From: Phoronis australis
Lineage: Eukaryota > Animalia > Phoronida
Assembly (NCBI GenBank): GCA_002633005.1
Contig: NMRA01001195.1
Span: 1 to 41,385, forward strand
Direction of reading: 5' to 3'
DNA length: 41,385 nt
The position numbers were made by a program, and so were the translations under genes. Shown piece after piece: positions 33,401 through 41,385 of the stretch (positions within the stretch are counted from its first letter, which is position 1; every line of letters begins with the position of its first letter). Under the pieces are notes generated by a model. That model was not told the origin of the DNA. It saw nothing but the letters and a program-made list of their open reading frames with translations, and made no database searches.

Positions 33401-36400
33401 CGTGACATGGGATTTGCAACGCATTGCCCCCCGATATCTGTGGACTCTTTGCCCACTTTCCTTCTCCTGTCCATTCCCGTGTGACGAAACGTTTCCTGCA
33501 CACAGCCCCTGTTTCCTGAACACGATGCAGTTTTGTTGTTCTGTTTTGCAGTACTCTGTCACTTACAGCACATATGTTCACTTTTAATATGTTTTGCCGG
33601 TTTATTGTGTTTTTAGTACTGTTTTGGTGTTTTATGACCGGTAACGACATTTACCTATTTTCTAGCGCATAGTTATCTTCATCTTGTTCTACTCTGAAAC
33701 ATAGTTCGTGACGTACCCTGGACAAAATAGATTACGATAAACGTATTTTCTATCACTTAGTTAGCACCCAGGTCTCCAGTAGAAGTCTCAACAGATTTGC
33801 CGCCGCCTAGTGATATAAGGAAAGGATATCAGACTATCCAACAACATTTCCATTGTGAAATTCTTAATTACTTTGACTATGTACAAATAGTAGGCAGTTA
33901 CCTTGCACTATGAAGGGTTCGTCTTCCATTTTCCGTTTCTTTCCCTTGTCTTTTCCTACGCATCTTACTTTTGCTTGCATACTGATTTCTCCTAAACACA
34001 ACCAAGTATTATTACTTTCCCACACTATACCATGTAAAATTTATTACTTTCCAAGTGAACACAATACCATGTAAAACATTATTTTCCAACACTATACCAT
34101 GTAAAAGTTTTTACTTTCCAAATGAACACTATACCATGTAAAACATTATTACTTCCCAACACTATTCCATGTAAAAGTTATTACGTTCCAAGTGAACACT
34201 ATACCATGTAAAACATTATTACTTTCCAACACTATATACCATGTAAAACATTATTACTTTCCAACACTATGCCATGTAGCATATAACCTTGTGTTTAGAA
34301 TTCCTTTCACTGTTTGGAAGTTCACACCGTGTGCTCTATTTCAAGTGAAAACTAGCTAGTCCTGTTATGAGCTCCGAATGTCGCTGCATTGGCCGCACAA
34401 CAACACAAAGCCAAGGACTGAATTAAAGGTGCATTTTGACCTGTTTGGCTGGTCAAAACGGAAATCGATGTGGGTCCCTTACTCTCATAAAATCGTGATA
34501 AAATCATGTTTCTGTTACCAACAAGAACATCGAAACCCTGAAAGCTTAAGAGTTTACTGAGGTTGACCAATCTTAAAATTGCTTGTGACCTGTGTTGCCG
34601 GCTTATTCGTCAACATCGGATGAGAGTGATTATGTTCTTGGATCCCGAAGCGATTCTGTTAAGACTTAACACAGGAGACATGCAGCTTTAAATACATTTA
34701 CCTGGAGCTGATTATACGTGACGTCAACCGCCCATGTCAACTTTTAGAAACCAACGCTGTCCAACCTGAGTTCGTAAGCTAAAAATGATTACCATTCATA
34801 GTAAAGGAAGATTAGAAGACTTTACTCACGAGGAACCTCATGCTGAAAAATCTTCTCGAGAGTCTTAATCAGGTGGTTAGTGCAATGGGTTCAACTGTGT
34901 AGCTTAAGTACGCCTGGTGCACTGCAGAATGCTCCAGGCCAGCTGTAAATAACTGTACCTGCGTTTTTCATCAGTTTCTGCACGGATTTCTGCAGAAGTT
35001 GTTCATCGACAGCCGCTTGCTGTGTTTCAATGACAAGGAACACATATTCGTCGAACATCATGTGTAACAGATGAAAGGAGCCAAAACTTGCAGCATTTTG
35101 GAGCGTCAAATCGCGCATAATTAGGGATCCAAACACAGCCCAGTGGCGCAAAAACTCCCCCGCTTTCTTCCTGAATGCGTCGTTATTTTCCTTTGATGGC
35201 TGTTGAAAAGAAATATTCCGTGATGATTTTGAAAATGTCACACATGAATAAGAAAATGAGGACCCTCATGGAAAGCAGTGTGAACTGATGGGTCTACTCC
35301 CATTGTAAATATTGTATAAATAAATACATAAATAAATAAATAAATGTAGAAATCCCGGAGTTTTGGGTGTTTCGTTATTCATCGTAACTGGATCTTAATA
35401 GTGCTCGACACGCTTTTATAGGGCTGGATCACCTTTTTCGTGATCAGAGTCTCAATTCTCCCAGTTCAATGCGTGACGGCATAAGTAATGATTAACAGCT
35501 TATCATTAACCAAAAATGGAGGACATCCTCCAGTTTTTCAAGGATCTCAAACGCTTTCAAAGTGAACAGCACAATTTGTTTGAGGAACGCGACGACAACT
35601 AACGAAGTTTACGACAATGAACTGGAGTGACTAGCAGTGTAGGTCATGTGCGCTGTATCTCCGTGCTCGTTTGGTGCAGCTGTACAGGTGTCGGCAGAAT
35701 CGATGGGACTTGGGTCTGAGCTCGCCGTGGCAGTGCGACTCGAATGTGCAAAAAGTTGAGCAAGTGAACTTGGGCGATCATAAATGGCATGCTTCCGTTT
35801 GTTTTAGTTTCCGTGTGCTCGGAAAAACGTTTGAAGAAATGCTTAGGCGCCGTCATCTCCTTAATAGAAACCTATTTGCAAAATTTCATGTCGATGTCCG
35901 TTGTTAACTTCATTTTAAATATACTTGCCAAATTTAGTATTAAGATCCTGCAGAGATACAGCCATAGACACAAAAGACTGACAAAAGGAGGCGCCATAGT
36001 AGTCCCAGTCCTCCGAAACTCATCGTAGCAACGATGTGAACGCCAATTTTCAAAATCATCCTTCAGTGGTTTGGTCGATGTAGAGAGCCGGACGCCAAAA
36101 GCTTACTCGAAAACAACAAAAATGGCCACTTGGTGGCGCAAAATACCTCGAATCCATCTGAAAACGGGAGGCTGGCATCATCTTACTAATAGATACCTTT
36201 TTTGCCAAATTTGATGATAATCTGTTGAGGACCTTTGAAGATACAGAGGTAAACGTAAAAAATAAAATTGCCACTAGGAGGCACACCACTTGTCGGACGG
36301 ACGGACGGACAGACGGACAAACGGACAGGGATGAGGGCATATTCAGTATCTTTGATTTTCGATATGACTGACAACATCAATTCAAATATCTCGCTAAATA

Positions 36401-39400
36401 TTGCCTCGTTTACACCGCTGTCATACAAGTCTTACTTCACACTAAGTCGTTAACAATGTTCGGAGAGAGATAGACGATAAACTAGTGTCAGTGTCTCAGT
36501 CTTTGGTACTAGTCTATACTAGTATCAGTGTCTCAGTCTTTGGTACTAGTCTATACTAGTATCAGTGTCTTAGTCTTTGGTACTAGTCTATACTAGTATC
36601 AGTGTCTTAGTCTTTGGTACTAGTCTATACTAGTATCAGTGTTAGTCTTTGGTACTAGTCTATACTAGTATCAGTGTCTTAGTCTTTGGTACTAGTCTAT
36701 ACTAGTATCAGTGACTTTGTCTTTGGTACTAGTCTATACTAGTATCAGTGTTAGTCTTTGCAACTAGTCTATACTAGCATCAGTGTCTTAGTCTTTGGTA
36801 CTAGTGTATACTAGTATCAGTGTCTTAGTCTTTGGTACTAGTCTATACTAGTATCAGTGTCTTAGTCTTTGGTACTAGTGTATACTAGTATCAGTGTCTT
36901 AGTCTTTGGTACTAGTCTATACTAGTATCAGTGTCTCAGTCTTTGGTACTAGCCTATACTAGTATCAGTGTCTTAGTCTTCCTTCCATATCGTTTTACAG
37001 TTTGCTCTAACTTGGTATTTAAATATTTCTGAATGAGAATCATTAACATGAATTCTTCATAACATAGACGACGAGTGTCCGCTAAGTTATTTCAGGGTTC
37101 TTGGTCGTTACCTGTATAACACACTTGTCTATAAGGTTGTCCATCCATTCTGTGAATGCCTCGATGGGAGCTTGTTTTGTAAGAAGGTCTTGAAACTCAT
37201 TGAAGACTGCAACAAAACACAAAATGTATGCAAAAGCACACTACTATTCATGATACTGCATGACGTCGACCGTTGGTGTACACTGTTCAAAGTGCCTTGG
37301 TTCAGCTAACGGCAATATCGACGACAACCCCAAAAGCAACTTCTCATGGGCTTATTGAAACACTGTGACGTCACAGCATACTCATCTTAGATTTATCACT
37401 TCATGTAAACTTATTAATTTCAATAATCAGAAACTCTTATCTTAACCAAAATGACGTTAAAAATTGTTCCCTCATTCAGGTCCACCTTGGTTTATACTTT
37501 AATTCTTCTGTTACCACGGAGGAAGACACTGAATAAATATCTTCCGTCCAAAAATGATAGATTCACTTACAGTCGCAAATGGTTCCAATCTCTTTTTGAA
37601 CAAACGTATCATCTGTAAAGGCCGCCTGCGAGCATATACTGTTGAAGTCGAGAGCAGCCAAATCGTTCACCATTTGTGCAACGTTTTCATGGTTCAGTAA
37701 CACAGAGCGTGTAGTTTGCGCCAAGTGAACGAACGCCATCTGTCGTTTCATGTTATGTGCGAAGTTCTTTACGACTGAAAAATATGAACAGAACATATAC
37801 CTCGTTCCAGCCTGCCGTGCGCAGTTGGCTTCGTGTTTGCCGAAAATACAGTTCCTGGCTGTATTGACTTCTGATTTAGAAATTCAAGGGAGTTGTCTAT
37901 CTTGATAGGTGTCGCCACTTTTGCTTTTAAAAGGATGCAGAGAGATGAGAGAATACTTTTAACGCTGTTTGCTTTCATTCTGTACATTGATTATTGATCT
38001 CTAAGAAACACTTTTATTGAATTAATTGTTCATTCTTGTTTGATTCGGGGTTGTTTATAATTGTGTTTCAATTTGATGATTTTGTTGAATAATGTTTAAT
38101 TGCTGTTGTCGTGTACATACATAGCAATGGTATTCTATTTCTGTCTTGATACTCCTACAAACCAGTAATGCAATGAAGAAGCCATTCAGAATAAATAAAT
38201 TAAAATAATTACACAAGGTATTGATAATCAAGTTTTAGTTGTGGCGGTTACACTTCAATTCGTTATGTCAGAGGTAGTAATGCCCCCAGCGGATAATTGT
38301 GGAACTTAGGTGTTTATTGAAACACCAATCTGAACGTTGTACTCGCAGTGAACCAAGGATAGCGTGTGGGCGGTAACCATAGCCACAGTAAAAGAATTTT
38401 GGAAAAACATTGGGATTATAATAACAGAATGACACTAACATAAGGAATCCTACACGAGTCTCAGGTTTATAACATGGGCAAAACCTCTGGCTTTTGACGA
38501 AATTTCCAAGAGGTTTTGCCTGTGTCACCAATCTGAAACGAGTGCAGGATTTCTTTTCTCACATAATCCGTAAAAATGATATTTTTTGCTGAAAAACCTG
38601 ACGTGTCTAAAACTTTCAATCACAAGACGCAACTTTTGTAAAAACACGCTTGCGCAATGTAAAGTAATTCAGTTATTTTTTGTTAATAGGTTTATTTTAC
38701 GCTTAACAATTGTAAATTGCAGCTTTCGAGCAAATATTCAAGTTAGAAACTAATACATGTAAATAGTCTTTGAAGTTGTAGGGCCTAATATTAAAACTTA
38801 AAACATGTCTATTAATAACAGTCAGCAAGGCATCCCCACGCGTGAGCACTGGATTGAACTTGAGGCAGCACAGCTGGACAGTCTAGGCGTATGGATGTCT
38901 ACTTTGCACTACTTTGTGATTTGCCCTTGTAACATAAAAAATACGTACTCGGTGTTATTAACCAGTCGCGTCGTAACACATTCCAGATCATATGAGAAAT
39001 AAACATTAGTGTTACAGAGCAATGCTCACAGTGTTTGTTTTTTATTTTACATTTTGTTTCAGTTTTTTCGTCGGTAACGGCTTTTATACCCCAATGTTAG
39101 CGTCGTATGGCAGATACAACCGTGTAATAACCCATAAAGTTATCTCACTAGTGAGATAACATTTTGGCGGGAAACCGAGTACGGATTTGAACCCGGGCGT
39201 CAAGAGTTTCGAGTCGCCGACTTTACCACTACACCACTCAGTGGCTGACGTCACCGAACGTGAAAATAGAATACTTATATGAGCACGTGCAACAATCGCA
39301 TGTTCAGCAAAGGGCATTGCACCGACACTTATACGCTATGAAAACTAAGAGGCATAATTTCCATAAAAACGATATTTTAATTCAGTGAAAATTTGCTCAT

Positions 39401-40955
39401 GTTCTCTCACTTGTAAATCAACGATCTCCAATTTGAATGCGGGTATCGTGTCGTCGGGATCCTATGACTTGAGCATTATAGTCAGTTACTAGTGGTAACC
39501 TACTTTAGCAGACCATATTTTCCCGGTCGAAGCTTGGCGTGATAAAATGTGTAGTAAGCTATAATAGTTGCTAAGCCTTAATTTATAGATTCACTTCATT
39601 TCTACTTTGTTTAAATTTCCAATTGGTTTTGAGTATCAGCATTATTTGACAAAAATAGCTCGTCTTTTCTTAAAAGGTCACGACCTCCGACCCCGGGCCT
39701 CTGACATAGAAAGTAGTTACAAAGCCGAGGCCAGTCGAGAAAGGTAGATCGATTCATTGCAATGTTTTCTCGTTTAGTATGTGGTATAAATAGATTATTA
39801 CATGTTTTCAACCGTTATCCCCCTTCTCTAGAACCTCGTGGATTTTGTAGAATTATCACCCTCTGGGCTAACGCCCCTCGGGCGATAATTCTCCAAAATC
39901 CACTTGGGCTCTAGATAACGGGGATAACGACTTCGCCATGTAATAATCTACATTTAACACGTTTTGAATTAACAATCATAGTGAAAATGGTATTAATTCC
40001 AATTTCATATATTGATTACGAAATTCGCCAATAATTCAACACAGGAACCCGATACTTCGGGTGTTTCTCATTCATCGTCTGAATCAATATCCGTGAGAAA
40101 AAGTTGCTTTCATAGAGAAGTGAAACTGCAGCGACACCTACTGAGATTGCGACTGCTCCTCATATTCTCATAATAGTTTCATACAATACCTTCTAATTTT
40201 TTCTCCCGTAATTTCTTTGGCACGTCTTCAAGAGAATTTTCTAGCCAATATGGCAGGTGCTTGACAAACAGTTTGATCTCTGTGTTTAGACTGTAAAGGT
40301 AAAGAGTTTATTTTACATCATTTTGCTTAACGCATACATTAGGAATATCCAGAGTATGCAACTAGGAATACCCAGAGTATGCAACTAGAAATACCTAGAG
40401 TATGCGACTAGGAATACCCACAATATGCACCTCGCTTTACATGTGTTGTGATTGAATCGCTCAGAATCATCTTGTGTCAAATTCGGAACACGGCGCAATC
40501 GTAACGGAACTATGGCTAAGTATAGGCTCGCCCGCGATATCTCAGGCGACCGGCAGTGGCGCTGGGCAATGAAGAAAATTACTTCATTTTTTAAAGAAAA
40601 TGGAATCTTTGTGATGATGACAAAACAGACTATTTTAAATACAACAAATTTGTTACGAACGGGTTGCACAAAATATAAAAGATGTAATAAGCATTACAAA
40701 AAGAAGGTTTTGCGCGCAAACGCTGTGGACCGTAAACAAGTAGGTCTCTTAGTATCAAAGAAGGAGTTTAACCCCCCTCCCGACCTCCCCCCATTCGGTG
40801 CTATGCGCATCTACAATCGTGCTTTGAACAAATGTTCACAGACAAAATGTTGGGCCCCCCTTATGATATCCTAGATCCGCCACTGTTGCAGTTCTAATTG
40901 GTTACCTGTCAGGTAAATCTTGTATGGTCGATGGAACCAAGACGTCAATCAATAC
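30442..40955 (-). CDS. RFX6: RFX-family transcription factor, RFX6-like, 3' part (about 503 aa); exons 40955-40906, 40290-40190, 37774-37571, 37206-37112, 35199-34959, 33991-33902, 32049-31474, 30596-30442
   Basis: Phase-consistent GT-AG joins (1512 nt): VLIDVLVPSTIQDLPDSLNTEIKLF..WLENSLED..KRQMAFVHLAQ..DFNSICSQA..EFQDLL..APIEAFTEW..MRDLTLQNAASFGSFHLLHMMFDEYV..ETQ. These are RFX B/C/dimerisation domains and look closer to RFX6 than RFX4 by my recall. The DNA-binding domain would lie beyond the window end. Confidence 0.8.
30624..30856. mobile_element. Second copy of the same MITE, opposite orientation, in the last RFX intron
   Basis: CATGCACGCACCCAG...CTGGGTGCGCAT; the internal ttggcgaag.gggcaaaaag..ccgcc segment is shared on the reverse strand. 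Confidence 0.7.
32600..33080 (+). repeat. Degenerate 20-bp minisatellite
   Basis: CGTGTCGTCGTATTACCAGA and variants. Confidence 0.9.
34008..34278 (+). repeat. About 33-38-bp degenerate minisatellite
   Basis: ACACTATACCATGTAAAACATTATTACTTTCCA. Confidence 0.85.
36294..36328 (+). repeat. (GACG/GACA)n microsatellite
   Basis: CGGACGGACGGACGGACAGACGGACAAACGGACA; probably the end of a dispersed element. Confidence 0.7.
36481..36981 (+). repeat. 37-bp minisatellite, about 13.5 copies
   Basis: ACTAGTATCAGTGTCTTAGTCTTTGGTACTAGTCTAT. Confidence 0.95.
39033..39242 (-). mobile_element. tRNA-derived SINE (tRNA-like head at 39242-39174)
   Basis: ACTGAGT..ACTCGGT acceptor-like stem, A box TGGTGTAGTGG, B box GGTTCAAATCC, poor anticodon stem, A-rich tail. 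Confidence 0.65.
39777..39950. repeat. Long imperfect hairpin
   Basis: TAGATTATTACATG..CGTTATCCCCC..TCTAGA..GTGGATTTTG.AGAATTATC..GGGC-TAAC-GCCC..GATAATTCT.CAAAATCCAC..TCTAGA..GGGGGATAACG..CATGTAATAATCTA. Confidence 0.85.
40340..40428 (+). repeat. 23-bp minisatellite, about 4 copies
   Basis: TAGGAATACCCAGAGTATGCAAC. Confidence 0.8.
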
Positions 40956-41385
40956 CTACAAACAAATCGCATTGTCCATGACAAGCGTGGTGGATCGATG
41001 CACACATTATTTCTGCGATGATTGGTATTCTTTAAAGTGTTGTCTACTGTATGAGCTGATGAAGCTTAATTATAAGTACGGTCTGTAATTGTTGAGAGCT
41101 GTGACGAGCAATGCTTCCTGTTATTACCAACTTGAATTTTGTAGGACTCTTGCGTCTCAGCGGAAGAACTCGAGAAAACATATTTTGCTCAAAACCATTG
41201 AATATAGTCAAAAGTTTAAATAGGATCTTTTCAGCTCAATTTAGTCTCGTTCAAGTTCCGTAGATTTCGTTGCACAATACATTGTTAATTTATTCACTGT
41301 TATTACACTGCCACCTGGGTGTACCTTATATACATGTAGAATGACTAGTATACCTTGTACAGTATAGAGTCACACAGACCGACGA

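Noticed and set aside
33342-33718. Possible extra RFX exon(s) (acceptors near 33718 and 33693, donor near 33654; ORF 33342-33650)
   Set aside because: Phases give stops or frameshifts, while exon 33991-33902 joins 32049 cleanly. An alternative exon cannot be excluded without RNA data.
39174-39242. Functional tRNA gene
   Set aside because: D and anticodon stems pair poorly, and it is followed by a body and A-rich tail typical of a SINE.
40452-40885. 140-aa ORF
   Set aside because: Intronic, antisense to RFX, and overlapping a probable MITE end (CTAGATCCGCCACTG); no domain.
41050-41090. CTGATGA as a hammerhead core (also at about 1057, and CTGACGA at about 26625)
   Set aside because: No stem II followed by GAAA-N-UH.

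Overview
Eukaryotic, intron-rich invertebrate (probably lophotrochozoan) genomic DNA, not prokaryotic. Three spliced protein-coding genes were reconstructed by hand from GT-AG sites with consistent phases. (1) The last three exons of an RCC1-repeat SERGEF-like gene (+, 645-3153). (2) A complete 12-coding-exon SLC22/organic-cation-transporter-family gene (+, 8078-29771, about 620 aa, with an unusually long central loop). (3) The 3' eight exons of an RFX6-like transcription factor (-, 40955-30442), convergent with the SLC22 gene. The first SLC22 coding intron holds a decayed Ty3/gypsy LTR retrotransposon with a tRNA-Leu PBS. It also holds an inverted pair of Penelope-like element (PLE) copies with a 12-bp TSD, a degenerate hammerhead ribozyme and a SINE at the inversion centre. 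Elsewhere there are further hammerhead-like remnants, two long hairpins sharing a flanking motif, MITEs, SINEs and many minisatellites. A 1.8-kb duplication at an N is most likely an assembly or haplotype artefact. No CRISPR array. All family assignments come from motif recognition, not database searches.
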